The notes under the pieces: generated by a model
What the model was told of the DNA's origin: nothing
Seen by the model: only the letters and a program-made list of their open reading frames with translations
Database searches by the model: none
Shown: piece after piece, positions 47,425 through 57,199 of the stretch
How positions within the stretch are numbered: the stretch's first letter is position 1
Layout: each line of letters opens with the position of its first letter
Source of the DNA: an uncultured delta proteobacterium
GTDB lineage: Bacteria; Desulfobacterota; Desulfuromonadia; Geobacterales; DSM-12255
DNA length: 64,000 bases
Direction of reading: 5' to 3'
Assembly: GCA_963787125.1 (NCBI GenBank)
Contig: CAWBBV010000023.1
Location: forward strand, 96,001-160,000
Program-made: the position numbers and the translations under genes

Positions 47425-48414
47425 TTATTCCTGAACATAATTATTCGTCTGAAACCATGCTACAGCTCTCTCAAGTGCATCATAAACAGAAGTCGGCGCA
47501 AAACCGAGCTCCATCTTCGCCTTTTTCGAGGAGAAATACATCAGTTTTTTTGCCATCTGTACCCCTGCCAGCGGAATGAGCGGCTCTTTGCCGGTCATCA
47601 GGGAGAGCGCTTCATTGATATACGCGGCAGCCAGTATGGGCAAATACGGGAGACAGAGGCGTGGAGCAGGTTTGCCTGAGATTTCGGCCAGCATACCGAG
47701 TATTGCGGCAAGGCTTGTGTCTTCGCCGCCAAGAATATATTTCTCTCCGACCCGCCCCCTCTTTGCCGCCAGGAGATGACCTTTGGCGCAATCTTCCACG
47801 GGAACCAGGTTGAGGCCGGTGTTCAGGTAAGCCGGCATCCTGCCCGAGAGAAAATCTACAATAATTTTTCCGGTCGGTGTCGGTCTGATATCCAGCGGCC
47901 CGACCGGAGTCGACGGGTTGACGATTACCAGCGGCAGACCTTTAGCAAAAAACTTTTCAGCCTGGCCCTCGGCGAGAAACTTGCTCTTTTTGTAATCCCC
48001 GCACATGTCGGCACATGTTACCGGAGTGTTTTCATCACCCGGGGTACCGTCGCCACGGTTACCGAGCGTCCCTACCGAACTGGTGTAGACCACCTTTTCC
48101 AGGCCGGCAGTAAGAGCCTCCTGGAGGATGTTTTCCGTCCCGTCAACATTGGCGGCGTACATGGCGGCACGATTTTTAGTCCAGAGACGGTAGTCGGCAG
48201 CGGCATGAAAAAGGGTATCGCAATCCTTGAGAGCTGCTGCCAGAGACTGTCTGTCGAGAAGATCACCCGTCACTATCTCGGCGTCAATCCCGGCAAGATT
48301 CCTCCGGTCACTCCCCTGGCGAACCAGTACCCGGACGGAAGCGCCGTCTTTCAGGAGCTCACGGACGATATGTGCGCCGAGAAAACCGGTTGCGCCTGTT
48401 ACAAGAGCTTTCAC
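47425..48414 (-). CDS. hpnA: Hopanoid-associated sugar epimerase
   Basis: [29 protein letters not shown]; hpn context. Confidence 0.9.
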   Translation of the reverse strand: MKALVTGATGFLGAHIVRELLKDGASVRVLVRQGSDRRNLAGIDAEIVTGDLLDRQSLAAALKDCDTLFHAAADYRLWTKNRAAMYAANVDGTENILQEALTAGLEKVVYTSSVGTLGNRGDGTPGDENTPVTCADMCGDYKKSKFLAEGQAEKFFAKGLPLVIVNPSTPVGPLDIRPTPTGKIIVDFLSGRMPAYLNTGLNLVPVEDCAKGHLLAAKRGRVGEKYILGGEDTSLAAILGMLAEISGKPAPRLCLPYLPILAAAYINEALSLMTGKEPLIPLAGVQMAKKLMYFSSKKAKMELGFAPTSVYDALERAVAWFQTNNYVQE

Positions 48415-48457
48415 GAATCACCTTACGATAAAAAAAAGACAGACCGACAATAACTGA

Positions 48458-48802
48458 TCATGCCCTCAGGAGCGTGCCCACACGTTTCAAAACCGTCAGA
48501 ACCAGGTCGTTTGGCATATTGCAGATGAATTCCGCTTGACGCACCCGCCAATCAAGGCTTTTCAGCTGGTCGGATAGAACCACACCGCTCACTGCCGCCC
48601 CTTGAGGAAGCGAAACTTCAAAAGGGTACCCCTTGACCTGGCTGGTTATTGGACAAAAGAGTGCCAAACCTGTTTTGTTGTTGTACGCCACCGGCGACAC
48701 CACCAGCGCCGGACGTCGGCCCGCTTGTTCATGGACTGCCTGAGGATTAATGGCGAGCCAGACGATATCACCCTGACTGGGCACATAGGGCGCGCTTACC
48801 AT
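48458..48802 (-). CDS. mazF: MazF/PemK endoribonuclease toxin
   Basis: GDIVW, HEQAGRRPALVVS, CPITSQVKGYPFEV, DQLKSLDW. Confidence 0.93.
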   Translation of the reverse strand: MVSAPYVPSQGDIVWLAINPQAVHEQAGRRPALVVSPVAYNNKTGLALFCPITSQVKGYPFEVSLPQGAAVSGVVLSDQLKSLDWRVRQAEFICNMPNDLVLTVLKRVGTLLRA

Positions 48803-49038
48803 GCTTCATTGCCAACGACTGCGCCAGTGGCCTGTTCCTGATGCAGGTTCTCGGGCGTAATCCCGGCAAGCAGCATCTCCAGGGTCGGCTCGTCAGGTTC
48901 GAGCGGTGTTATAACAAGTTTGCCCTTGACCTCGGCAATATCAACTCTGCTTCCCGGCTGGATACAGGCATGTTTGGCAAAGGCGCTGGGGATGCGCAAC
49001 GCCAGACTATGGCCCCACTTTTGAACTCGTGCTTCCAT
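48796..49038 (-). CDS. mazE: MazE/AbrB antitoxin
   Basis: VQKWGHSLALRIP...TLEMLLAGITPENLH; overlaps mazF. Confidence 0.9.
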   Translation of the reverse strand: MEARVQKWGHSLALRIPSAFAKHACIQPGSRVDIAEVKGKLVITPLEPDEPTLEMLLAGITPENLHQEQATGAVVGNEAW

Positions 49039-49117
49039 AAGTTCCCCCTTCACATGTAGATACATTGAAGATACAAGCTGCGCTTCGGCAAAGCAATCTA
49101 AAAAGAGCCGGGTCGTG

Positions 49118-49170
49118 GCCATTAGTCCTTCTCCCTGGAGGACCCTTTGGGGCCTAAAGGAGAAGGTGGC
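49118..49170. repeat. REP-like palindrome, type B, with 18-bp loop insertion
   Basis: GCCATTAGTCCTTCTCCCTGGAG-gaccctttggggcctaaa-GGAGAAGGTGGCC. Confidence 0.7.
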
Positions 49171-49538
49171 CGCCCTGCAGTTAACTGTCGATAAATCTCT
49201 TCGAGAATGGTATCCGTATTATTCAAGAATTCATGATTCCAGAATCTGATAATCCTGATGCCGGAGCCATTCAGAATTTTTTCTCGCGCTTTGTCATATG
49301 CAATCTGTTCATCCTCAGCATGACCACCGCCATCTAGTTCAATCGCAAGATTAACTTCGTCGCAGAAGAAATCAATGATATAGCCTGCAATCGGAAACTG
49401 CCGCCGGAATTTGAAACCGCAGAAATTGCGATTACGCAGTAGCTGCCACATAAGCTGCTCGGCGTCAGTCTGCTCCTTGCGCATCTTTCTGGCAAATTGA
49501 AGTAACGGTGGTGGCAGTGCCACGGTTTCACCTCGCAT
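49122..49538 (-). CDS. DUF559 (Vsr-like) endonuclease domain protein
   Basis: ARKMRKEQTDAEQLMWQLLR, KFRRQ, IIDF, IELDGGGH, IIRFWN. Confidence 0.9.
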   Translation of the reverse strand: MRGETVALPPPLLQFARKMRKEQTDAEQLMWQLLRNRNFCGFKFRRQFPIAGYIIDFFCDEVNLAIELDGGGHAEDEQIAYDKAREKILNGSGIRIIRFWNHEFLNNTDTILEEIYRQLTAGRPPSPLGPKGSSREKD

Positions 49539-49539
49539 T

Positions 49540-49575
49540 CCCCCTCACCCCGACCCTCTCCCTTCAGGGAGAGGG
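49540..49575. repeat. REP-like palindrome, type A
   Basis: CCCCCTCACCCCGACCCTCTCCCTTCAGGGAGAGGG. Confidence 0.75.
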
Positions 49576-49607
49576 AGCTTTCAACCCTCGGCTTTCCTGG
49601 GTGGTGC

Positions 49608-49661
49608 GCCATTAGTCCTTCTCCCTGGAGGGAGAAGGTGGCCGAAGGCCGGATGAGGGGG
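49608..49661. repeat. REP-like palindrome, type B
   Basis: GCCATTAGTCCTTCTCCCTGGAGGGAGAAGGTGGCCGAAGGCCGGATGAGGGGG. Confidence 0.75.
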
Positions 49662-49703
49662 TCTGTCTTGCAGTAAACTAAAAAGAGTCAAAAAGTCAAA
49701 GGC

Positions 49704-51941
49704 TCAATACTGTCCTGACCTGACCGGCCACAAATACTGGCTGCGGTACTCATTGCCGTAGTCCACATTACCATCTATCATATCCACGTACCAGACGTAG
49801 TCATAGTCATTGAAGTGATTCATGTAGGTAGTAGCGGACCAGTACCTCCTCGCTTGAACCAGAGAAAAACCATTAGAGTTGAAATGTTCTGCCGGACGAG
49901 AACCGCCTTGTTTAGCAAATGCTGCCAATTCATCTTTGGTTGGCAGGCGCCAGTCACTGTAATCGCCATAGGTAAGCTTGGCCGTCCAGTCCATTGCCCT
50001 CTGCCAGGTCATCTCTTTGCCGGCAAGATTACCGTTGCGCACCCACTGCAGGCCGGTAGATTGATCGGTGTAAATTAACCGGTCCCTTTCTTTTGCAACC
50101 AGCCCAACATTGATTTTCCTCTCCGCCGCTGTCATAAACTCGCCGTTTTCCAACGTCAGCATACTTTTGTCAGCATCACTCAATAAAGCCACCTGCACCG
50201 CTTCACCACTGCCGGTCTTCACCACTACAGCTGGACGAATCGCCCCGGCCTGGTACTGCTGCTTGAAGCTTTTCGCCTTGTCTTTGGGAAGCGGAACCGT
50301 GCCGTTTATGGCCAGTTTGACCAGTACACTCTTACTCTTCAGGGTGACCGGGAAACTCAGCTTGTCGGCGTCATACTGCCCCAGCTCCAGTGAGATGGTT
50401 TCAGCGCCTAATTTAAATTCTTTCTCCGATAACTTCCTGATAGCCTCTTTCAGCGGCGCTGTTTCCGCTGCCGCTGCATTTTGCGGGGTGAGCGCCGCCA
50501 GTTCGGCTTTCTGCTGGCTGCTCAGCTGCGTTTCTTCTTTACTAATTCGCTCCTTGAATTCCCTACTGCTTTCAAATTCATCTTTTGTCTGCTTTGCCAG
50601 CGCTGCCAGTTTGCCGGCATAGCGGCTTTCGATCTTCAGGCGGCTGTCAGCCAGCTCCTTTTCAAAAGTGCCTTCAATCTCGGCAATCCGGGCGTTAAGC
50701 CGCTTGATCTCCGCCACGGCCGCTTCAAGGGTGTCAGTCTTGGCACTGCTCTGCACCTGCTGGCGCCTCTTGGCAACATCATCTTTCAATTTGGCAAGCT
50801 TCTGCTCGTCTTCGCCTTTCAAACGCGCCAGCTTATGACGGTCTTGCTCATCTTCTAGCCGCTTCTGCGCTTCCAGCGCCAGTTGCTGATCCCTCAGTTG
50901 AGCGGCTTTCAGCTTGGCTTCGCCGCTTTTTCTGGCCAGAGCCGCCTCCTGAAGTTTGCTGGCATCATTAGCCTTGATGGCAGCGGCTTCACTGGCTTCC
51001 AGTTCACTCTGTTCCTTCTCCAGCTTTGCTATGTCGGCTTTGGTGTCGGCTGCCTGCTGTTGTATATTGGGAATAAAAACAAAATCACCGCTGCCGTAGA
51101 GAGTGCCGTAGCCGGGGGTCTGTTCGTGACCTCTGGCACGGGCGTCCTGATAAACCCGCTCTTTGAGGATCGCCTGGATTTCATTGGCAGTGATGTAGTC
51201 GCCAGCGGCTTCCAGCGCTTCAATCAGCCTGCCGGTAAAGACGGAATGGCCCCGAGGGCCGCCGTCAAGGGCTTCCTGGCCCTTGCTGCCGGCGGTCAGT
51301 ACCTGGCGGACGCGCTCTTTAGTGATCTCTTTCAGGTAGGCCAGGTCGCGGTTAACTTTCTTGTCAACCGCCCGACTGGTCAAGAGGCCGGAATAGCAGG
51401 CATCAAAAGCGTAGAAGACATGCTTGGCGGGGATGGCTTTGGAAATGTCGTTTTTGAGCTGATCCATGGTGACATTGCCGTAGATACCGTCGGCATTGCC
51501 GTCATGGGGGATAAGGTAGCCGAGTTCCCCTTCGTCGGTCTTCTCCTGGTTGCCGTGCCCGGCCCAGAAGATGAACAGGGCGTCTTCTTTGCCGATAGTT
51601 TTTGGCAGTTCCTTGGTGAGGAGGCGCATGATCTGGTCGCGGCTGGCATCGCTATCAAAGAGGGTGTAGATCTTGTCAAAGCGGTAGTTGCGCTTGAGGG
51701 TTGCCTCTATCCCTTTGGCGTCACGCACGGCGTAGGCGAGTTGCCGGTCAGGAGGGAGGTTCTGGTAGCGGTCAATGCCGATAATAACGGCGTAACTTTT
51801 GTTGTAAAGCTTGACTTCACCTGTCTGGTTGGTAGCGCTCTCTCTGGCAACAACTGTCAGCCCGCGTGTTTCGGCGGCTTGCAGGGGGAGGGCGGAGAGG
51901 GAGAAAAGGAGTGTGACGATTGCACTAAAGAGTAGCCGCAT
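49704..51941 (-). CDS. Exported caspase-like (peptidase C14) protein with coiled coil and C-terminal DUF1566/Lcl domain
   Basis: Signal peptide; FWAGHG and DACYSG dyad; long Ala/Lys/Glu coiled coil; DQSTGLQW...DWRLPTKDEL...WPVR. Confidence 0.85.
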   Translation of the reverse strand: MRLLFSAIVTLLFSLSALPLQAAETRGLTVVARESATNQTGEVKLYNKSYAVIIGIDRYQNLPPDRQLAYAVRDAKGIEATLKRNYRFDKIYTLFDSDASRDQIMRLLTKELPKTIGKEDALFIFWAGHGNQEKTDEGELGYLIPHDGNADGIYGNVTMDQLKNDISKAIPAKHVFYAFDACYSGLLTSRAVDKKVNRDLAYLKEITKERVRQVLTAGSKGQEALDGGPRGHSVFTGRLIEALEAAGDYITANEIQAILKERVYQDARARGHEQTPGYGTLYGSGDFVFIPNIQQQAADTKADIAKLEKEQSELEASEAAAIKANDASKLQEAALARKSGEAKLKAAQLRDQQLALEAQKRLEDEQDRHKLARLKGEDEQKLAKLKDDVAKRRQQVQSSAKTDTLEAAVAEIKRLNARIAEIEGTFEKELADSRLKIESRYAGKLAALAKQTKDEFESSREFKERISKEETQLSSQQKAELAALTPQNAAAAETAPLKEAIRKLSEKEFKLGAETISLELGQYDADKLSFPVTLKSKSVLVKLAINGTVPLPKDKAKSFKQQYQAGAIRPAVVVKTGSGEAVQVALLSDADKSMLTLENGEFMTAAERKINVGLVAKERDRLIYTDQSTGLQWVRNGNLAGKEMTWQRAMDWTAKLTYGDYSDWRLPTKDELAAFAKQGGSRPAEHFNSNGFSLVQARRYWSATTYMNHFNDYDYVWYVDMIDGNVDYGNEYRSQYLWPVRSGQY

Positions 51942-51976
51942 GAAAATCTCCGGGTTTAGAATTTTTCTAGCAGGGA

Positions 51977-52204
51977 TCAGGCAAAAACAGTAACTTCAAC
52001 CGGACGTTTTACCGCAAAACTGTGCCGGTGCATCTTGATTCTCTCAATTTCGTGGAGTGTTTCCGCCTTGATATAGGTCTCACCACACGCTGGGCACGAT
52101 TGAACCGGAATATCCTCAATGATTAGCAGATCCTTTTTCTTCCCGAAACTTCTGGTCACCTGTTTGGTATGCACTCCATCTTTTCCACAAAAATCGCAAA
52201 TCAT
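51977..52204 (-). CDS. YgiT-type zinc finger protein (MqsA N-terminal-like)
   Basis: CDFCG...IEDIPVQSCPACGETY; GGAGG RBS. Confidence 0.85.
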   Translation of the reverse strand: MICDFCGKDGVHTKQVTRSFGKKKDLLIIEDIPVQSCPACGETYIKAETLHEIERIKMHRHSFAVKRPVEVTVFA

Positions 52205-52280
52205 GGCCGCCCTCCATTTTTCATGATGCATAAACTGTAACCTGATTAGCGCCAATCTTCAGCTAAAGACATAATAAAGT

Positions 52281-52316
52281 CCCCTCTCCCTGAGGGAGAG
52301 GGTTAGGGTGAGGGGG
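52281..52316. repeat. REP-like palindrome, type A (inverted relative to 49540)
   Basis: CCCCTCTCCCTGAGGGAGAGGGTTAGGGTGAGGGGG. Confidence 0.75.
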
Positions 52317-52344
52317 AACCGACTGAATATATTAAGATTTTACT

Positions 52345-52392
52345 CCCCCTCATCCGGCCTTCGGCCACCTTCTCCCTCAGGGAGAAGGGACT
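52345..52392. repeat. REP-like palindrome, type B (inverted relative to 49614)
   Basis: CCCCCTCATCCGGCCTTCGGCCACCTTCTCCCTCAGGGAGAAGGGACT. Confidence 0.75.
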
Positions 52393-52512
52393 AGCAGAAA
52401 ATGATGGATAATCAGGAACAGTGATAATAACCATCTTGCTGGTAACACTTATCCAGTCTGACGGCTTCTTTGAATTGCTTTAAGATGCGAGAATACATGC
52501 AAGTCTCCTGAC

Positions 52513-54543
52513 CTACGAGTTCGATTCCGAGTGGGCAATGGAATATTTCATTCGCCGGTACGTCCCCAGCGCCGAAAGCGGAAAACAGTTCCGGTAGATG
52601 TGATACCTGATCATGAAGTATTTCGGGAAACCGGTGCCGGTAAACTGCTCTTCATCCCAGGTGCCGTCAAATTTCTGGGTTGTCAGGAGATAATCGATCC
52701 CGCGCCTCACAGCAGGCGATTCAACTTCATTGACCGCCATGAGCGCCAGCAGCGCCCAGCCGGTCTGGGACGGAGTGCTGACGCCTATCCCGGCCAGAGA
52801 TGGATTATGGTAGGATTCACAGCTCTCGCCCCAGCCACCGTCCAGATTCTGCTTCGACTTGAGCCAGTTGACAGCGTGCTGGATATAGGGCTGCGACAGA
52901 TCCTCTCCGATGGAAGCCAAGCCGCACAGCACAGACCAGGTGCCGTAGAGATAGTTGACCCCCCAGCGTCCCCACCATGGGCCGCTTTTGTCCTGCTCTT
53001 TCTTGATGAAAGCGAGGCCACGGGCTGCGGCCGGGTGACTCTTTTCATAGCCGAAACTCCCCATCAGTTCCAGCATCCGTCCGGTCAGGTCGGCTGTCGG
53101 CGGGTCTATGAGCGCTTCGAGATCGGCAAAGGGAATTTTGTTTAAGAGATGCTTGGTGTTGTCCCGGTCAAATGCCCCCCAGCCGCCGTTTTTGCTCTGC
53201 ATGCCGAGGCACCAGGCAAGTCCGCGCTTGATCGCCGCATCACGGGTTTTCGGGGTTTTCACGGCAATATTTTTTATCGCCATCATGACAAAAGCGGAAT
53301 CATCTACATCCGGATACCAGTCGTTCTGGAATTCAAAGGCCCAGCCACCGGGAGAGAGTTCAGCCGCCTTGATCTTCCAGTCGCCGTTTTTCGTGACTTC
53401 CCGCTCCAGAAGCCACTCCGCACCTTTTGACAAAGCTCTGTGCGTGGGCGGCAGACCGGAGTCCGAGAGCGCTTTCAGTGCCAGCGCCGTATCCCAGACT
53501 GGTGAAACACACGACTGGAGCAGCAGGGTGTCGTCAGTCTCGATGGTGAAGTTATTTAATGCTTCCAGCCCTTTGACGATTGCCGGGTGTTCGTTGGCAT
53601 AGCCGAGACAGTGCAGCGCCAGAATCGAATTGAGCATTGCCGGCTGGATGCCTCCCCAGTCGCCTGACTGCTCCTGATGCTCAAGTATCCAGCGCTCGGC
53701 AGCGGCAACTCCCCGTTGTCTCAAGGGCCGGACAGGGCTTTTTTCGTAAACTTTGAGAAAGTGATCGACGCCAATAAAGAAATTCTTCCAGGTTAAAAGG
53801 CCGTCTTCCTTGGTAAAGGTGTAATCGGTAGGTCTGGGCGGGCGGACATAAAGTTCGCTGACCGTACCATTGCCGGGAAAAGGTTTAACCGGCCTCGCAT
53901 CCATGACGACTGACAGCGGGATGATTGTGGCGCGTGACCAGCTGGACAGCTCGTACATGTTGAAGTATGCCCAGTCCGGGAGGAGCATCAGCTCTATCGG
54001 CATGGACGGGACACCGAACCAGGCGAACTGACCAAAGAGTGCCAGGAATATCTTGGTAAAGACCCGGCATTTTATGATGCCGCCCTTTGCCAGAATAAAG
54101 GCGCGTGCCTTTGTCATGGCCGGATTGTCCGCCGACAGCCCGGCAAGCTTCAGGGCGAAGTAAGCTTCCACTGTTGTCGAGAGATCACCCGGGCCGCCGA
54201 AGTAAATGCACCAAAAGCCATCTTTTGTCTGCTTGGAAAGGAGGTATGTGGCCAGCTTTTGCTCTCTGTCCTTGTCGACCATGCCGAGCAGGTGAAACAG
54301 CAGCAGGTATTCGGCTGTTATGGTGACATTGGATTCAAGCTCTGCCCACCAGTAGCCCTGTGGCAGTTGCTGGCGCAAAAAGAACTCCTGACTCTTTTTG
54401 ACAGCAAGGTCGAGCGGTGAGGCAGGTTCATCCTTCATCTTGCTACTGGGGTGAAGGTAGTGAATCTTCTCACTTTGCCTGGTCGGTGGCGCTAACTCCG
54501 GAAAAGAGGTCAGTCCGGATGAAATGGATTTTATGGATGACAT
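52513..54543 (-). CDS. shc: Squalene-hopene cyclase
   Basis: YPDVDDSA (DXDD), several QW motifs, FTGTGFP. Confidence 0.96.
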   Translation of the reverse strand: MSSIKSISSGLTSFPELAPPTRQSEKIHYLHPSSKMKDEPASPLDLAVKKSQEFFLRQQLPQGYWWAELESNVTITAEYLLLFHLLGMVDKDREQKLATYLLSKQTKDGFWCIYFGGPGDLSTTVEAYFALKLAGLSADNPAMTKARAFILAKGGIIKCRVFTKIFLALFGQFAWFGVPSMPIELMLLPDWAYFNMYELSSWSRATIIPLSVVMDARPVKPFPGNGTVSELYVRPPRPTDYTFTKEDGLLTWKNFFIGVDHFLKVYEKSPVRPLRQRGVAAAERWILEHQEQSGDWGGIQPAMLNSILALHCLGYANEHPAIVKGLEALNNFTIETDDTLLLQSCVSPVWDTALALKALSDSGLPPTHRALSKGAEWLLEREVTKNGDWKIKAAELSPGGWAFEFQNDWYPDVDDSAFVMMAIKNIAVKTPKTRDAAIKRGLAWCLGMQSKNGGWGAFDRDNTKHLLNKIPFADLEALIDPPTADLTGRMLELMGSFGYEKSHPAAARGLAFIKKEQDKSGPWWGRWGVNYLYGTWSVLCGLASIGEDLSQPYIQHAVNWLKSKQNLDGGWGESCESYHNPSLAGIGVSTPSQTGWALLALMAVNEVESPAVRRGIDYLLTTQKFDGTWDEEQFTGTGFPKYFMIRYHIYRNCFPLSALGTYRRMKYSIAHSESNS

Positions 54544-54609
54544 AACTTGAATCTATTAGCATAATTGGCTGAAAAGAGATAGGGATTTGAAACTGTTAAA
54601 GGAGTAGCG

Positions 54610-55194
54610 ATGAACCTTTCGGGATTGTCCGGCGCTGTGCCGCTGGCGCACAGTTTTCTGCGGGAGCGGCTCAAGCCGGGTGACAAGGCTGTTGATGCGA
54701 CCTGTGGCAACGGTCAGGATACGCTGCTTTTGGCTGAAATTGTTGGCAGTCAGGGTAAAGTCTGGGCTTTTGATATTCAGGGTAGTGCCCTTGCCAATAG
54801 CAGAGCCAGGCTTGCAGCTGCAGATCTTGACAGCAGTGTGACGTTTGTTCATGCCGGTCATGAGCGGCTGGCAGAGTTTGTCAGTGAAGAGGTAAAGGCA
54901 ATAGTTTTTAATCTCGGTTATCTACCGACGGGCGACCGGGAAATCAAGACAACTGCCGCAACAACCGTGGCGGCGCTGGAACAGTCAACCGGGCTGCTGC
55001 TCCCGGCAGGACTGATCGTCATTGCGATTTATACCGGTCATGGCGGCGGCGGGGAGGAGTGGCTGGCTGTGAAAGAGTGGGCCGAAAGGCTCCATCCCCA
55101 TAAATTCAATGTCTGGCAGTCAAGGCAGTTGAACCGGAGTGATAAGGCGCCATTTCTGGTGGTAGTGGAAAAAATGCTGCTCAGCCAAACTTGA
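54610..55194 (+). CDS. Class I SAM-dependent methyltransferase (YtqB/MnmM-like)
   Basis: VDATCGNGQDT, FDIQ, FNLGYLP, YTGH. Confidence 0.85.
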   Translation: MNLSGLSGAVPLAHSFLRERLKPGDKAVDATCGNGQDTLLLAEIVGSQGKVWAFDIQGSALANSRARLAAADLDSSVTFVHAGHERLAEFVSEEVKAIVFNLGYLPTGDREIKTTAATTVAALEQSTGLLLPAGLIVIAIYTGHGGGGEEWLAVKEWAERLHPHKFNVWQSRQLNRSDKAPFLVVVEKMLLSQT

Positions 55195-56053
55195 TCAGAA
55201 ACGCCCCGACAAGAATGAGGGCGGCTGAGGCAAGGCGTATCCTGCCGTAGGACTCTTTCAGAAAGATCATGCCGAGCAGCACCCCGAAGAGGATGCTTAC
55301 CTGCCTGACCGGTACGGCATAACTGACCGGCGCCATTTTCAGCCCGTAGCGAAAGGCGATGAAGGAGGCCATCAGTACCGGGCCGCTGATCAGAATCAGC
55401 CGCCAGTTGGTGTGCCATTCGGCTCTGACCTTGTTTTTGTAGCGGCTGCGGAGCAGGTTCAGCGACATCAGGACAAACATCACCAGCACCATCATCCAGG
55501 TGAAGTAGAGCGGCGAATACTGCTGCACTCCGGCTTTGTCGAACATGACGCCGAACGAATAGACAAAACCGGCGGCCAGCGCGAATCTGACCGTCGGTTC
55601 ACCCAGATTGCGAAACGGCCGCATAAGTTCATCAAGGCTGAATTTATGCAGCTGCACCGAATAAGCCCCCAGAAGGACCAGCGCAATGCCGCTTCCCCCC
55701 AGGATAGAGAAACTTTCACCCATGATGATCATCCCCCAGAGCGGGACGTACAGCATCGAAGTCTGACACAAAGGGTAGGTAAGGGAGATGTCGCCGGAGC
55801 TGTATGATCTGCCGGTCAGGAGGTGGTAGAGTGTGAAGCAGCTGCCGCCGCCAAGCGCCATCAGCATGACCCTGCAGTCAGGGATTGGCAGCGGCTGCCG
55901 GATCAGGAGCAGCAGCAGGGTGAACATCAGGCCGGAGCTGACGAACATCCACCAGATAAAGACAGTCTTCTGGCTGCTCTTCTTGACGAGAAGATTCCAG
56001 ATGGCGTGCATGATCGAGGAGAAAATGATAAGGGTGAAAGCGAGGTTGCTCAT
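55181..56053 (-). CDS. EamA/DMT family transporter
   Basis: About 10 TM segments, HAIWNLLVK, YP..., RQVSILFG. Confidence 0.85.
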   Translation of the reverse strand: MSNLAFTLIIFSSIMHAIWNLLVKKSSQKTVFIWWMFVSSGLMFTLLLLLIRQPLPIPDCRVMLMALGGGSCFTLYHLLTGRSYSSGDISLTYPLCQTSMLYVPLWGMIIMGESFSILGGSGIALVLLGAYSVQLHKFSLDELMRPFRNLGEPTVRFALAAGFVYSFGVMFDKAGVQQYSPLYFTWMMVLVMFVLMSLNLLRSRYKNKVRAEWHTNWRLILISGPVLMASFIAFRYGLKMAPVSYAVPVRQVSILFGVLLGMIFLKESYGRIRLASAALILVGAFLIKFG

Positions 56054-56179
56054 GGAGTAAAGTATAACCAAGCGGTAAAATTTTAGCGAGAATAAAAAAC
56101 TGCTTCCACTTGGTTCAGGACGTGATTAATGCTATGGTGATGATTATCATTAATGCCATGAAACACTGGAACAGCACTC

Positions 56180-57166
56180 ATGCCCGAAACAGCCCACCCT
56201 TTTCAGACCTTGACCCCCAGCTTTATCATGGATGCTGTCGAAAGCCAGGGATTTACCTGCGATTGCCGCACCTTTGCCCTCAACAGCTACGAAAACAGAG
56301 TCTATCAGGTCGGTATTGACGATGGACTGCCGCTGATAGTGAAGTTCTACCGTCCCAGCCGCTGGAGTGATGAGCAGATACTTGAGGAGCACCGCTTCTG
56401 TTTCGAGCTGCAGGATAATGAGCTGCCGGTGGTGGCTCCACTGGTTAATAGTGCCGGAGAGAGCCTTCTCCACTACGGTATTTTCAGTTTTGCCATTTAT
56501 CCGCGTCAGGGGGGGCATGCTCCGGAGTTTGACAATCTGGACAATCTGCTGATCCTTGGCCGGATGCTGGGCCGGATTCATGCTCTCGGCGCTGTTCGGC
56601 CATTTTCCCACCGTCCGACACTTGATGCGCAGAATTTCGGCTACGCCAGCGTCGCCCTGATCAAGGAGCGCTTTATCCCGGCAGAGTACAAGGAGAGCTA
56701 CACCGCTCTCACCGACCAGCTGCTGACCGCCATCGATACCATCCTGGCCGGTGCCGGGCCGATCCGTTACCTCCGCGCTCATGGCGACTGTCACGCCGGC
56801 AACATCCTCTGGCGGGACGGTGCGCCTCACTTCGTCGATTTCGACGACGCCCGCATGGCCCCGGCAGTGCAGGATCTCTGGATGATGCTCTCCGGCGAAA
56901 GGCCGCGCCAGACTGCCCAGCTTGCCGAACTGATCGAAGGATATAACGAGTTTTTTGATTTCAACCCCCGCGAGCTCCAGCTGGTCGGCGCTCTGCGCGC
57001 TTTGCGGATGCTGCACTACAGCGCCTGGCTGGCCCGCCGTTGGGAAGACCCGATCTTCCCGCGTACCTTCCCCTGGTTCAACACCGTCCGTTACTGGGGC
57101 GAGCAGATTCTGGAGCTGCGCGAGCAGCTGGCAGCGTTGAGCGAACCGCCGCTGGAGCTGCCGTAA
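56180..57166 (+). CDS. srkA: Stress response Ser/Thr kinase
   Basis: LNSYENRVYQ, KFYRP, HGDCHAGN, DFDD, QDLWM. Confidence 0.92.
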   Translation: MPETAHPFQTLTPSFIMDAVESQGFTCDCRTFALNSYENRVYQVGIDDGLPLIVKFYRPSRWSDEQILEEHRFCFELQDNELPVVAPLVNSAGESLLHYGIFSFAIYPRQGGHAPEFDNLDNLLILGRMLGRIHALGAVRPFSHRPTLDAQNFGYASVALIKERFIPAEYKESYTALTDQLLTAIDTILAGAGPIRYLRAHGDCHAGNILWRDGAPHFVDFDDARMAPAVQDLWMMLSGERPRQTAQLAELIEGYNEFFDFNPRELQLVGALRALRMLHYSAWLARRWEDPIFPRTFPWFNTVRYWGEQILELREQLAALSEPPLELP

Positions 57167-57199
57167 ACCTCGCACCGGCAGCTGGGGGCAACACCCGTT

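Noticed and set aside
56136..56153. TGATGATTATCATTA as a Fur box upstream of srkA
   Set aside because: Poor fit to the 7-1-7 consensus; insufficient support.
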